NCBI GenBank assembly: GCA_951406725.2
Contig: OX597832.1
Location: forward strand, 70,804,001-70,868,000
Direction: 5' to 3'
Length of the DNA stretch: 64,000 nucleotides
Source of the DNA: Octopus vulgaris
Lineage: Eukaryota
Position numbers and translations under genes: made by a program. A model generated the notes under the pieces. The model was not told the origin of the DNA. It did no database searches and saw nothing but the letters and a program-made list of their open reading frames with translations. Positions 45,232 to 60,561 of the stretch are shown in pieces. The stretch's first letter is position 1. Every line of letters starts with the position of its first letter.

Positions 45232-45500
45232 TCTCTCTCACTTTCTAATTCTTCAGTGCAGAGTGCAGTGGCAGAAACGGTGCATCGCGTCTGATAAAAT
45301 GCCTTGTGGTGTTTACGTATTTTTCATTGCATCTTGCGTTCGATTCTCTCACCCTCCTTCTATCTCCTTCTCTATCCCTCTCTTTCCCTCTTCTTCTCTC
45401 TCACTCCCTCTCTTTCTCCTTTTTCTTTCCCCTTTGTCTACTCCTTTCTATCTCCGTGTTTCTCCCTTTCTCTTCTCTATGTACATACACACAGGTACAC

Positions 45501-45546
<46 letters not shown>

Positions 45547-45551
45547 GCACT

Positions 45552-45607
<56 letters not shown>

Positions 45608-45844
45608 TACACACACATAAATGCGCATACACAAATACGGACATCCACACAAATGTACATAGACACACGTATTTGATTGCTTGCAAATGAAATCGGTTCA
45701 TACATACACACACACATTAGTGTATTTTTCGCATATGTATCGTTTGCGCTCTCTTTTTCTCTCACCCTTTTCTTCTCTCTGTCTTTCTCTATTTCCCTCT
45801 CTCCTCTCCTCTCCTCTCTCACTTTCTGTCTACTTTTCTGCCTC

Positions 45845-45902
<58 letters not shown>

Positions 45903-46799
45903 TGTGTTTCTCTTATGATGGAACCTAATCAAAGCAGTTGAAAAACGTGGCATAGTTTCAGTATTAGAATTAACTATTACTTAGGTCTCTTGCCGAGTTC
46001 AACTCCGGATAAATTCTGATGTTTCACCCCTCTCTAGTCTCTCCTGACAGTAATATAGGTACCTGACTAATACTAGGGTACCAGATTTGTGCAACCATAA
46101 GAAGCTTTTAATTTACTTGATGGAATGAAAGATTCAGCTTTTAGTGTTTTGCAGAATGCTAGAATATAGAAATAGATGAACTAAATAATTTAGCTTCAGT
46201 TGTGGACAGTGCTTAGTTCAAACGGCGCCGTAGTCGGACTTACATTTCAGGTGACGATAATATAATGTACCAGTCATTCACTAGGGTTAATTCAAGCTGC
46301 CAAATCCTTTCTATAGAACTGATACGGTTTGTCTTCTTCTACAATTGTTTTACAATAGAAGACAGAGGTCTTTCAATTACATCAATCTCATTGGAAGAGA
46401 CACAAGAGAAGACGCTGAGGACATACAAAGAATAATAAAGGAAGGGATTCCATGTGAGGCATTGTGAAACACTTCTAGCAGACTAGAAGATCAGCCCGGA
46501 AAATGGCGGCTATGTCCAGATCGATTGTTTAAAGTCAACGATAAATTATATCTTTTATCTTTTATTTGTTTTAGTCAGTAGATTGAGACCATGCTGGAGC
46601 ACCGCCTTCAGAGATTTGCAGTAGAATGAATTGATCCCTCCCCCCAGTATTATTTGCTAAAACCTGGTTCTTATTCTAACGATCCCTTTTGCTAAACTAC
46701 TAAGTTTGCAGAGCGTAAACATACCAACGCGCGCGCGCGCGCGCGTGTGTGTGTGCGTGTGTGTGTGTGCGTGCGTGTGTGCGTGCGTGTGTGCGTGGC

Positions 46800-47670
46800 T
46801 TGCTAGCTATGCAGACGATACCAAAGTTTCTCTGAGGATACAGGACCCTGGTGACATTGTGCATCTTCAGGTGGTCTGAAGAAAACATGTAGGTTAATGG
46901 TGGAAAATTCCAAACCCTGCACAACCAACACAGGAATCAAAATCAGTTCGTGACCTGGGCATTGACATGAGTAATGATGCATCTTTCCAAGTTGAAAATA
47001 AAATGCAGACGTTTGGCTGGGTGGATCCTTCGAACTTTCAAAACAAGAGAAAAGGAAACCATAATGGTCATCTGGAGGACTTTCGGTCTCATCCACCTGG
47101 ATTACTGCTCGCACATGTGGTCACCAAACAATGCAAAATTACCGACGGAATTCGAGGTGATCCAGCGAAGCTACACGAGGAGGATCGACACAATGCGACA
47201 TATCCGCAAGTGGGAGAGACTGAAAGAGTTCAAAGTCTATTCCCCGGAGCGAAGCGGAGAAAGACATGCAGTAATATACATCTGGAAAATTCTAGAAAAC
47301 CTTGTGCCAAACTTTAGCATTACCAATTATATAAACAGCAGGACGGGGTGCCACTGCATAGTACCAAAAAGCCCAACATCACCATCAGGATATAGAACCA
47401 GATACTGCAACAGCTTGGACTTCAAAGGCCCACAGCTCATCAAAATCTTTCCACAAAGCCTTAGAGAACTGCACGGCGTGGATGTAGGCTTTTTCAGAAC
47501 AAATCTGGATCCCCTTCTGTAAAGAGTTCTGGATGAACCAATCTCAAGGCAAGAAACACAGATGTTAAACTCACTTGTCTACCAAATGTTATACATCAGA
47601 GGAGGTTTAGTGAAAATGTAGCAAAGTAAATGGCGGTGCGCTACCATGGCCGCAGTCCTTGGACTGAAAC
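46800..47670 (+). mobile_element. CR1-like LINE 3' fragment (RT end to 3' UTR), decayed
   Basis: YADDTK at about 46807, RDLGI, LAGWILRTF, HLDYCSHMWSP, FKGPQLIKIFP; same family as 32262. Confidence 0.85.
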
Positions 47671-47700
47671 TTCAAGGAAAATATGAATATACATATACAA

Positions 47701-47732
<32 letters not shown>

Positions 47733-47735
<3 letters not shown>

Positions 47736-47943
47736 CTCTTTACTCTTTTACTTGTTTCAGTCATTTGACTGCGGCCATGCTGGAGCACCACCTTTAGTCG
47801 AGCAAATCGACCCCGGGACTTATTCTTTGTAAGCCCAGTACTTATTCTATCGGTCTCTTTTGCCGAACCGCTAAGTGACGGGGACGTAAACACACCAGCA
47901 TCGGTTGTCAAGCAATGCTAGGGGGACAAACACAGACACACAA

Positions 47944-47979
<36 letters not shown>

Positions 47980-48146
47980 ATATATACGACGGGCTTCTTT
48001 TCAGTTTCCGTCTACCAAATCCACTCACAAGGCATTGGTCGGCCCGGGGCTATAGCAGAAGACACTCGCCCAAGATGCCACGCAGTGGGACTGAACCCGG
48101 AACCATGTGGTTGGTTAGCAAGCTACTTACCACACAGTCACTCCTG
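47733..48146 (-). mobile_element. Full-length tRNA-derived SINE with CR1-like tail
   Basis: Head caggagtgactgtgtggtaagtagcttgc...ggttcagtcccactgc (A/B boxes); internal microsatellite; tail ctgaaacaagtaaaagagta. Confidence 0.85.
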
Positions 48147-48584
48147 TATATATATTTATGTATATGTATATATATCTCTATATATAAGACTGAAATGCGT
48201 TTTTACCGTTTGGCTCGCTTTCAATGCCACTACATCCCGTCCGATTCGCTCCAAAATTTACAGGGACATGTGGAATGAGGTGACGATGCCCGTAGGCTAC
48301 CTTAGAAATCCCTATCTTAAAAGGTGTGGTTGCTAGGGGCCATCTTCCTCACTCACGCTATTTCCTCCATTACCCTCTCACTCCCCTTCAATTATAACGT
48401 TGACAATGTCCACTCCCGTTATTTAATGTATTCCCCTCAACTCCCTTTCACTTTGCCTTTATAAGGTCGTCAGACGGCGTTCTTTGATGTATCTGTCGGC
48501 ATTCATAGGGAGAATTATCATCGCTACAAACAAAACACAATCATGAGAACAAATATTATGAATCAGATATTCCTTGCGTTCATT

Positions 48585-48617
<33 letters not shown>

Positions 48618-48910
48618 TCGATATATAAATATGTATATATAATGTATATATACAAAGTGTATATATCTGTATTTATGTATATTAAACTTTTTAATACTTT
48701 TGATAGTTATATATATTTTTAAACAAATTATAAATATAATTTAATAATTTTTATTTTAAATTTAAATAATTTAAATTTTTCAATTTTATATATTTTCTAT
48801 ATTATATTTTTCATTTTATGTTTTTGTTTTTGTTTTTTTTTTTGCCTATTAGTGGCTTTATCACTAATTTAATTTATACATATATATATATAATTTGTAT
48901 ATATAATGCG

Positions 48911-48962
<52 letters not shown>

Positions 48963-49490
48963 ATCGTTTAACGTCCGTTTTCCGCGCTAGCACGGGTTGG
49001 ACGGTTTGACCGGGGTCTGGGAAGCCAGGGGCTGCACCAGGCTCCAGTCTGATCTGGCAGTGTTTCTACGGGTGGATGCCCTTCCTAACGCCAACCACTC
49101 CGCGAGTGTAGCGGGTGCTTTTTACGTGCCACCTGCACAGGTACCAGGGGGGGGTCTGGCATCGGCCACGATCGGTTGGTGCTTTTAACGTGCCACCGGC
49201 ACGGAAGCCAGCCAAGGCGGCGCTGGCATCGGTCACGTTCGGATGGTGATTTTTATGTGCCACCGGCACAGGTATCACTACTACTATTTCCATTGATATT
49301 TATTTCGATGTTCATGTTCATGTACTTGACTCAACAGGCCTCCTCAAGCACAGCGGGGTGTTCTGGAATCCAAGGTACTTTGAATAGGCAGGGGCTATGC
49401 GGAACTGGTGCAGGAAGCAGCCCGGGTCTTTGCAGTCACAGCATATCTCTAGAGATCTCGGTCCTTCGCCATTGCCTCAGTGAGGCCCCA
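48963..49490 (-). mobile_element. RTE-type LINE/SINE 3' fragment
   Basis: atcgtttaacgtccgttttcc...ggatgcccttcctaacgccaacc; further copies at 51363-51670, 52328-52640 and 52900-53130. Confidence 0.65.
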
Positions 49491-49539
49491 GTGCATTATG
49501 TGGTCGGTCGGTTCAGCTGAAAATATGCACACCTATGAA

Positions 49540-50600
49540 CCCTTTCGTTACTATATTTCTGACCAAAATACACCCCTTATGTGTTTCAATTAATTTCTAA
49601 CATAATCATAAATTTAGTCTGGTTTCATTAAATAACTATAACCTTTTTATTTTATCAATATATTAATGTGATTTTTGGAAGATAATTTAATGAAATGTTC
49701 TCAACCAATTCTATACTATAATTTTTGTCACAAAGTGACACTAATTGAAGGTAGATACAGGTAAATTCAACAAAATATAAAATTATTAAAATTTTGTTCA
49801 AACATCGCTATAGAGAATGGGTTATTAGCTAATATTCAATTGGGTATACAACAAAATTTTACGATAGATTTTGTTATTCTGGGTAACTTTCTGATACCCA
49901 TAATAATATTTATGGCAAAATAGTCTTAATTTCATTTAAGGTTGTGGGAAACCACTAACTATCCTTTCTTTCGTTTTGTTTACATTTAGCGTAACGGTTC
50001 GTTTCTGCCGTAATGATTTCAAATAGGCTAATTCGAAAAAGTAAAAAGAAATAGTCTAAGGCTTTATTTACTCTTCAGGGAAAGTCTGTGGCTTGGTCTA
50101 GTTTCTTCAGAAAAAATCACCGAAAGAAACAGTTTTTAAATTTTCACTCCATTCAGGTGCCAATTCATTTTCTTTATCTCTGTCGGAGCTCTCGGATTCA
50201 CTGTTTTCACTTTCGGAAAATGAAACATCAGATTCATTATCAAATACCACATGCCAAGGTCTTCAGTAGAAAATCCTTCGAATTCTGACTCGCTGCTTGA
50301 TATAATGAAATTCGTATCCATTTTTTGTCAGAATTACAAATTTTGAAAACACAATAGGAACAAATTTCGGAAAAAAATCTCCCAAAATTCACGGAATTAA
50401 AATTACACTTCGATTTTTGTACAAAACTCTAGTTGAACTGGTTACGAAGTATAATACGTGTTTTCACGAATGTACTAAAGAGATTTGCTCTGATATTCTC
50501 ATTTAAATATGAATAAGTAAATACGGGCGGGTTTGGGCGGTTTGGTCACATTAGCCAAAATTTTTATCGGGCGGCTTTGGCCGGTTTGGTAACGAAAGGT
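49540..50600. mobile_element. Non-autonomous piggyBac-like DNA transposon
   Basis: TIRs ccctttcgttac / gtaacgaaaggt; flanks tgaa and ttaa (TTAA TSD with one mismatch); acidic SSSESEFEGF remnant on the minus strand. Confidence 0.65.
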
Positions 50601-51738
50601 TTAAAAGTGCTGGCAAGTTTGCATGACAACAATTATTTTCCTCAAATGAAAGGCGTGACCTCTAGGACAAAATTCCTCATCTTATAAAATGTGGCCACAG
50701 TAGACCCGAATGAAATCGGGTTATATTAACCAAAAGGTGAAAAGGGGTATAAATGGGACTGGAAGGGGATTAAAATTTAAAGGAGCGAGTGTTTAGGAAT
50801 TCTCTGTTACATCAAGCTAAAAAATTTGCGCCAGCCTTTTAATATTCAATGTGTTGCCGTCCATGATGAAGAGGTTTTGAATGCTTGACATGGTGAGTCT
50901 ACTGTCGTGAGAAAGAATTACTTCAAAACTTGGTGTTTACGAATTTTATTTTACATCAAGTTGAAAATTTTACGCCAGCCGTTAAACTGTCAATACGTTG
51001 CTGTCCGTCGTTAAGAAATGCCAGTCATGGTGACTCTACTATCCTCACATTCTATCCCTTCAAACTTTGCTTTCCAATATTTTATTATTTTTATTCAGCT
51101 CGCAAGTTCGTCTGTCCCTTTTAAATGTTAGCGTTTTGCTGTCTGCCTTCAAGCAGACCTTTCCGTTGCCACTGCCTGATATTTATGATTGATCTTTCTA
51201 ACTATTTTATTTCTCAACTTACTCAAGATCTTCTGTTGTTTATAAATGGGAGAGAGATAGATAAAGATAGAGAGTAAGAGAAAGCGAGGGAGAGTCCGAG
51301 AGAATAGAAAAGTAAGAGAGTGGGAAAGTGAGAGAGAAAGGAGAGAGAAACAAAGAGGGAGAATCATCATCATCATCGTTTAACGTCCGTTTTCCGTGCT
51401 AGCACGGGTTGGACAGTTTGACCGGGGTCTGGGAAGCCAGGAGACTGCACCAGGCTCCAGTCTGATCTGGCAGTGTTTCTACAGGTGGATCCCCTTCCTA
51501 ACGCCAACCACTCTGTGAGTGTAGTGGGTGCTTTTTCGTGCCGCCGGCACAGGTGCCAAGGGGGCTCGCAGTGGCAACGATCGTTTGGTGCTTTTTACGT
51601 GTCACTGGCACAGAAGCCAGTCAAGGCGGCGCTGCAATTGGCCACGTTCGGATGGTGCTTTTAACGTGCTGAAAGGAAGCAACAGAAAGTAACAACCACA
51701 CTTTTACCCGCGCGTAGAGCGGGTCACCTTCAGCTAGT

Positions 51739-52707
51739 ATATATATAAAACTGAAATGCGTTTCCACCGCTTGGATCGCTTTCAAGGCCACTACACCCCG
51801 TACGATTGACTCCAAAATTTACAGGGACATGTAAAATGAGGTGACGATGCCCGTGGGCTACCTTAGAAATCCCTATCTTAAAAGGTGTCGTTGTTAGGGC
51901 CAAAATCCCACTTTGACAAGTCCACTCCCGTTCTTTAATGTATCTGTCTTCAACTCACTCTCGCTATTTCCTCTCTTCCCAGCACTTTTTCACTCACTCT
52001 ATTTCCTACATTCCCATTACTTTCACTTTGTCAAACGGCCTTCTTTTATGTATCTGTCTGCATTCATAGAGAGAATTACCATCGCCACAACCAACACACA
52101 ATCATGACAACAAATATTATGAATCTCGCCATCGCATTCTATTGTCTGTCTGTCAACGCGCCGATCGAGCAAATACTCAACTTACTCAAGATCTTTTGTT
52201 GTTTATAAATGGGAGAGAGATAGATAAAGATAGAGAGTAAGAGAAAGCGAGGGAGAGTCCGAGAGAAAGGAAGAGTAAGAGAGTGGGGAAAATGAGAGAG
52301 AAAGGAGAGAGAAACAAAGAGGGAGAATCATCATCATCATCATCATCGTTTAACGTCCGTTTTCCGTGCTAGCACGGGTTGGACAGTTTGACCGGGGTCT
52401 GGGAAGCCAGGAGGCTGCACCAGGCTCCAGTCTGATCTGGCAGTGTTTCTACAGGTGGATCCCCTTCCTAACGCCAACCACTCTGTGAGCGTAGTGGGTG
52501 CTTTTTTCGTGCCGCCGGCACAGGTGCCAGGGGGGCTGGCAGCGGCGATGATCGGCTGGTGCTTTTCGCGTGCCACCGGCACAGAAGCCAGTCAAGGCGG
52601 CGCTGCAATCGGCCACGTTCGGATGGTGCTTTTTACGTGCTGAAAGGAAGCAACAGAAAGTAACAACCACGCTCTTACACGCGCGTAGAGCGGGTCACCT
52701 TCAGCTA

Positions 52708-52708
<1 letters not shown>
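51739..52708 (+). mobile_element. Helitron copy 2, head-to-tail with copy 1
   Basis: Starts atatatataaaactgaaatgcg immediately after CTAG; ends cgcgcgtagagcgggtcaccttcagCTAG. Confidence 0.75.
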
Positions 52709-52754
<46 letters not shown>

Positions 52755-52755
52755 C

Positions 52756-52848
<93 letters not shown>

Positions 52849-53139
52849 ATATATGTATGTATGTATGTATATACATACATATATGTATATATATATATAT
52901 ATTGGCTCCTGTGCAGGTGGCACGTAAAAAAACACCATTTGAGCGAGGCCGTTGCCAGTACCGCCTGACTGGGCCTTATACCGGTGGCACGTAAAAGCAC
53001 CCACTACACTCTCCAGCTGTAGAAACTCTGCCAGATCAGATTGGTGCCTGGTGCATTCATCTGGCTCGCTAATCCTCAGTCAAATTGTCCAACCCATGCT
53101 AGCGTGGAAAGTGGATGTTAAACGATGATGATATATATA

Positions 53140-53186
<47 letters not shown>

Positions 53187-53725
53187 GTTTCATATATATA
53201 AACATATTTTGTCTTCGCTGTCTGCGCTTAATCTCTTCTATTTATGGTACCAATAAATGCGGCCGTGTTCTTTCATTACAGCTAATTTTCTATTTAAGAT
53301 TGCCAATAAGTGTGGGACTCAGATATCGAAACTGTAATGATCCTGAGAGGACAGCTGATGAGAGGAATATTTCTATCTATTTGTTATTATTTTGTTTGAG
53401 TCTTCTTCAATTAGGCCTACATTTATATATGTGTATATGTGTGTGCTCGTGTGTCTCTATGCAAGTGTGTTTGAATGCGAGTATATTATGGACATTGTGA
53501 GCATATTTATATGCATAGAAGTATGAACTAGAGAGATAAATGTTCTTATTCACACACACTCACTCACACACATACAACCATACACACACAAACACACACA
53601 CGTACATTTATATATTTCATATATATACATATACATACCTTTATACGTACATACATATGTTATATTATATATATCACAAGCACAGAGACAAAGACACACA
53701 CACTTACATACATATATACACATAA

Positions 53726-53774
<49 letters not shown>

Positions 53775-54240
53775 TAAATAAAATAAAACATATGCATATA
53801 TATAAACATATATGTACGTACCTACCTCTACATGTACATATACACGCATATATGAGTACAGGACACCAAAAGGACGTCGAACACAATGAGTAACGAAAAG
53901 ATAGACACAAACCAAAGGAACTTGACATTTTTTTTTTTAAACAACAAAAAATAGAGTACAGGAAAATTAACACAAAGAAAAATCCCTTCTTCAGTCGCTA
54001 TGGTTTCATCTACTCTACGTCTCGAAGGATAAAAGCGAGACGTATCTTCGACAAGAAACTTTCCTTCCTGCGAAAAGCAAATCAATTAAAATTCTGAGAT
54101 CTTTTCGCAGAGGGGTAAAAAATGGTAACAAAAAAGGACAGTAACCACAGTACAAATTATAAACAGTAAAAGACAGGACATGGAAAAACAAGATAAGAAG
54201 GGCTGCTAACGCCGAACGAAAAAAAGTATTGCGAACGCGG

Positions 54241-54320
<80 letters not shown>

Positions 54321-55132
54321 TATGTTTGTATGTATGTATGTATGTATGCATGCATGCATGTATGTATGTATGTATGTATGTATGTATGTATGTATGTATG
54401 TATGTATGTATAAAACGGGCTTTTCTCTGGTTCCGTCCACGAAATCCACTGAGAAGCCTTTGGTCGGCTCCAGACTATAGATGAAACGTGTAGCGATGTA
54501 GCGAAGTGCCACAGACCATGGAACGATGTGGTTAGGAAGGTACCTTCTTACCAATCAGCCAATGGTAGGCGTCCTTGTGTGGTGTATTTAAGATATATTT
54601 ACATATGTGTGCGCATGTGTTTATATGTGCAAAATGTATATAGATATACGTATACATTTGCTCACACATGCATATACACTTTTTAGCAGACGTAAAAGAA
54701 AAGAAAAAAATTAAGAACCAAATAAAGGGAGAAAAGAACGTAAAAGGAAAGAAAGAATGAAAGAGAGAAAGAACTGGAACTAAGGAAATGAAAAACAAAA
54801 ACTTTAAAAAAGTAAGGATTGTTGAGGGATGTTTGTGTTTTTGTCTGCCAAAAGTAATCAGAGGCAAAATTCTGATTAAACACTCAACTCGTTAGACGCT
54901 GTCTTCCTACAGGCCATAAACCATTAATCTGCCCACACACACACACACTAATCAACGAGAAGGTGGAACTTGAGCGAATCGACAGTTTTAGCACTTCCAG
55001 CGCCGTTTCGTTGTCATTAAATTCATTGTTGCAGGCAAAATTGTTTTGCTGCGCTTACGTACATATTTGTTAATGTAAAGAGAGGTGCATATGGCCACAC
55101 CATGTATTCATTTATGTATGTAAAAATCTCGA

Positions 55133-55176
<44 letters not shown>

Positions 55177-55823
55177 TGTATGTATATCTCTGTATGTATA
55201 TCTCTGTATTTAAGTACGTATGACTGGATGAAAAGATGAATGAAGGAATTACATGAAGGAATTACATATATACAATTATATATATACACACACAAACACA
55301 CACAACACACACACACGCACGCTCACAAACACATGCACATATTTATATATTATTCACACATACATATGTATATGTAAATGGATTTAATGTTGCATAGGAA
55401 GCTGGCCATATTAACTTGTGTATGTATGTATGTATGTATGTATGTATGTATGCATGTATGTATGTGTGTATGTATGTATGTATGTGTGTATGTATGTATT
55501 ATGTATGTATGTATGTATGTATGTATGTATGTATGTATGTATGTAGGTATGTATGTATGTATGTATGTATGCATGGATGGTTGTGTGTGTATGTGTATGC
55601 ATATAGGCATGTATGTATATATGGTGTATACATGTATGTATACATAGATTATCCACAAGTAATTTCTGTACGTCACACATAATCAAATTTTTGTCTTTCC
55701 ATCTTTATATACAATGCTATTTATTTCTGCGTATGTATGCGCGTATGCGTACCTATATTTCTGCGTATTTGTTTGTATGTGCGTGTGTGTGTATATGCGC
55801 TCGTGTGCATACGTTTGTGCGTA

Positions 55824-55881
<58 letters not shown>

Positions 55882-57516
55882 ATGGTGTCTGAGTCTGCCA
55901 GCACGTGCCTGTGTGTGTGTAAGTATTGTGTGCTTGAGTGTGTGTGTGCAATTAGTTTGTGCAATGCAACATACGTTTCCAGAGGTGGGATGGTCGTGGC
56001 CGTCATTTCTTTCATCCTGGAACTATTCGATCAGGGTTGACCCGTAGGTAAACAACAGCAACAAAAACAATTATATCATTCAATCGACCAGGCATTGATG
56101 AGGTAGGCGTTACATTGAGATCGATATTGCGTCCTGTTATTTTGCGAGAAGTACTCTTTTTTTAGCTTGATCTAAATAATTTCCCTTGACAGAAATAGCA
56201 GCAGAATCCCTTTCAGATATTGAACAGGAAGAAGTACACTTGATATGGTATAGTCCGAGAAATATAAAACAATCATCGGTGTGGTCATTGTTGGAAGGTC
56301 TTTTAACAAAAATGTCTTTATAATGGTCAGTCAAATAAAGCAAAGCAGAAACATTTTTAAGGGAGAAATAATAGGAATGCTAGAAATAGCAGCGAAATGC
56401 CCCTCAAAATTATATCCCAACGTTTTTGTATCCATTTTTTAAAGTATAAAAATAGGCATTGCTTAATGGGATCCGTGCTGCATGGAAAGAAAAGAGACGG
56501 GATGTTCATGGCTGGGACGCCTTTTGTCCAAGATTGACTCGGCCAGGTGAAACTACAGCAATAAAAACAATAAAAAGAAACATCTTTCCAGCAAACAGGG
56601 ATATTTCTGAAAAGTGACTTGACCAACGAGAATTAGTAGCGAAGTTAATCCTCAATCTATAGCCTTAGATCCGAAGCAAAATGACAAGATGGTCACAGTT
56701 GGAATATCACTAAACACTGATCACCTCGATCAGGTCTCATCTGGGACTAAACAGCAACAATAACAAACTGAATACGACATCTTTCGACTTTAAAAAATGG
56801 CATCTACGAGGAGGCTCAGCTTGCAAGGAATCTCAGATCACTTTCCACTTTGTTACAGACAAAATATATGTCTGCAGATAATGTAGATGTAGAGAGATTC
56901 ATGCCGTACAAAAGAAAATAATTAAATGAATAAGACAGAGGGATCATGGTTACAATACCTTTGAAGAGAAAAGAATTTGTTGGAGCAGAATTTAGATTTA
57001 GAAATACAACAACAATAACAAACACCAATGAAGAATTAAAATGGCGCCTGAGATACTCCGAACAATAAGCGAACAGATCTTTAGATGCAATCTAGTACAA
57101 CGTTCACCTCACAATCCTCCGTGATTCTCTTCGTTATAATTTCTTTTTAATGGCAACTGTACTTAAATCAAGTTGAAAATACAAAACTCAAATACAAAAA
57201 TTACAATTTATCATTTAACACAAACCAATATTTATCTCATTTCATGTTTATTTTGTCGTTTATTCTCTTTCTATCTCCTTCCCTGTCTTTCCTATATACA
57301 TACAAGATGTATGTATATATATATATGTGTGTGTGTATGTGTGTGTAACTAACTTTCAAAATAAAGAACTCGAGACAGAGATAGACTGAGACGTCGAGAT
57401 TATTCATAACATTGGATTATTGGAATTGATCTTAATGGAATGCATCATGTGTGTGTGCATATATATATATGTTTTTATGTATATATATATATGTGTGTGT
57501 TTGTGTGTTATGCATT

Positions 57517-57585
<69 letters not shown>

Positions 57586-57710
57586 GTGTTTGTATATCAA
57601 TATATATGTGAATGTGTATGCGTGTAACCCTTTCTCAAATCTCTAACTCCATAACTCTTTCTCTCCAACACCCATTTCTCTCTTTCATGCTCAGAACTCC
57701 CTCTATCCCG

Positions 57711-57754
<44 letters not shown>

Positions 57755-58939
57755 CCTCTTTCTCTCTCTCTCTCCTCTTCTTCTATATCCCTTTCCTTAC
57801 TTCTTATCTTTCTTATACACCGGGTTAGTGTAATTATTCTCCATCTTACAACGCACACCAACCATTTCTCATGCGACAACTCGAAAATAGCAGCAACCAG
57901 TGGTATTTAATAATAGAGAAGTAGGAGTACAGTTGGTGAGGTGGCAGGAGACTAATAGAGGGGGTGGCGAGTTACGCGAGGAAATAGATATTAAATACCT
58001 ATCGCAGTAAATAAAACACTCCATTAATTTCCTTTTAGGAATCTTATTTTAAACACGGAAACGCGTGTCTCTCAAGACGAACTCTTTCAACTTTGGAAAT
58101 TACAAATATTTCTTTCATTTTTATAACAATTTGAAAATCATGAAACGCTTTTGGGCGTTTCAAATGTGCACACGTTAGGAAAGGTTTTAAAACAGGCAAT
58201 AACCACGGAATATATCATCTGGAACTGTGGAGAGGAAGCATTATCTTTCCTATTCGCTATAATAGACAGTAGAAATGTAATTATTTAAGACTTAAAGATT
58301 TCATTGGAGAGATATTATAGTTTAATATGTGATATTCTATTGTCATGAAAACTGATTCCAATCGGGGTGGAAGCTGACGATCAGTTCAGTTATCTCAAAA
58401 TATCATCTAATATCGATTTTTTTCCAGGTCTTACGTCTTCGTTTCGTATCTTCTTCGCTGATTTACATGTAAATAAGTGGTGTGAAAGGGTTGCTGGTGG
58501 ATAGGTTACACATGCGCACCCACACACACACAACACGACACAATACACACACACGCACACAAACGTGCATACGCACATACACGCCCAAGTGCGCAAGTCT
58601 GCACCTATGATGTATATATATATATATATATACATACATACATACATACATCTCAGAACACTCCCCAAATTGCATGCATAAGAATTATGCAAACTACAAG
58701 AACTATAGACCTACCCGGCAACCAGATTGATGACACCCCACCCACAAACCCCCCCCCCAATTCCACCGTTCCCCTAGCACCCCCGATTACCTTTTCTCCT
58801 AAGACCTTTCACATATTGTATGTGCACGCTTGTATATGTGTATCGTATATATGTATAGAAATGTATGGGTATAGTAGGAATATACGCATGTAATATGTGT
58901 GTGTGTGTGTGTATGTATGTAAAAAAAAATATATATATA

Positions 58940-58978
<39 letters not shown>

Positions 58979-59257
58979 ATATATGTATATATGTGTGTAT
59001 GCATATATATGTGTATATGTATGTGTGTAGGTATGTGTATGTATATATAAAATATTATATATAATTAGGGCTTAGTAAAATAAATTACTTTGCCACATAC
59101 TGAACTTTCTAGAAATAGCAGCCAAAAAAGTTTTTTAGCCTTTTCCACTACTTAAACAAAAATTTTCTCTCAGACAATGTTTACTCAAAAAAATAATGGT
59201 CCTTTTACATACTTTGGTGAAATTGATTAATAACTAATTAACTTTACCCTCAATTGT

Positions 59258-59258
<1 letters not shown>

Positions 59259-59323
<65 letters not shown>

Positions 59324-59630
59324 ATATATAAATATATATGTGTGTATGTGTATGTGTGTGTGTGTGTATATATATATATATGTGTGTGTATGTGTATATT
59401 TGTGTATATATATATATATATATGTATATGTATGTGTATATGTATGTATATATATATATATAAGTGTACGCGAGTATGTCGATGTATATGTAGGTATGTA
59501 GAGTTATGTGTATGTGCATGTATGTGTGTGTATATACAGATTGTAGATGGGTATATATGTGTGTGTATATATACAGATTGTAGACGGGTATATATGTGTG
59601 TGTATATATACATATGTATATGTATATATA

Positions 59631-59675
<45 letters not shown>

Positions 59676-59838
59676 GTGGGTATGTAGAGTTATACGTATG
59701 TGCATGTGTATATGTATGTATATATATATGTATGTGTATGTGTATGTATGTATATATATGTGTGTGTGTGTATGTGGGTATATGTATGTATATATGTATA
59801 TATGTGTGTATGTGTAGGTGTGGGTATATATATATGTG

Positions 59839-59877
<39 letters not shown>

Positions 59878-59890
59878 GTATATATGTGTA

Positions 59891-59930
<40 letters not shown>

Positions 59931-59968
59931 AATATGTGTGTGTATGTGTACATATGTGTATGTGTGTG

Positions 59969-60041
<73 letters not shown>

Positions 60042-60107
60042 AAGTGTGTGAATATATGTATATGTAAGTGTGTGTGTGTGTATGAGTATGTATGTATGTT
60101 TGCACAC

Positions 60108-60151
<44 letters not shown>

Positions 60152-60312
60152 GTGTGTATGTATATGTATGTGTGTGTGTGTATATATGTATGTGTGTGTG
60201 TATGTGTGTATATGTATATGTATGTGTATGTATGTATGTGTATATATATATATATGTGTATATGTGTATATATATATATATATGTGTATGTGTATGTGTG
60301 TGTATGTATATG

Positions 60313-60373
<61 letters not shown>

Positions 60374-60522
60374 GTATATATGCGTGTATGTATATGTATG
60401 TATGTATATATGTGTGTGTATGTGTATGTGTATATGCACATATACGTGTACGCTCGTGTGTTTATGTATATGTAGGTACGTAGAGTTATGTATGTGTGTA
60501 TGTATATGTACATATGTGTAAG

Positions 60523-60561
<39 letters not shown>

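Larger units (their letters stand above)
48176..51737 (+). mobile_element. Helitron copy 1 (5' part about 48176-48570, 3' part about 51214-51737, separated by other insertions)
   Basis: 5' tctatatataagactgaaatgcg; 3' hairpin acccgcgcgtagagcgggt followed by CTAG; both parts match copy 2. Confidence 0.6.

Noticed and set aside
48060-48146. tRNA-like sequences at SINE heads
   Set aside because: No full cloverleaf; they continue into SINE bodies
53982-54030. Possible type-II hammerhead on the minus strand (ATCCTTC-GAGA...CTGAAGA-AGGGAT) in a PLE-tail-like block
   Set aside because: GAAA is GAGA here, stem I does not pair, and a competing 9-bp hairpin exists; worth rechecking only against a family consensus
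59055-59258. PLE-tail-like block with GAAA plus a near-palindrome (similar blocks at 13030-13215 and 30380-30660)
   Set aside because: No matching core or stems found, so no ribozyme call was made
59227-60521. 428-aa and other long [12 protein letters not shown] ORFs throughout the window
   Set aside because: They are translations of dinucleotide and tetranucleotide microsatellites that lack stop codons; no protein signal
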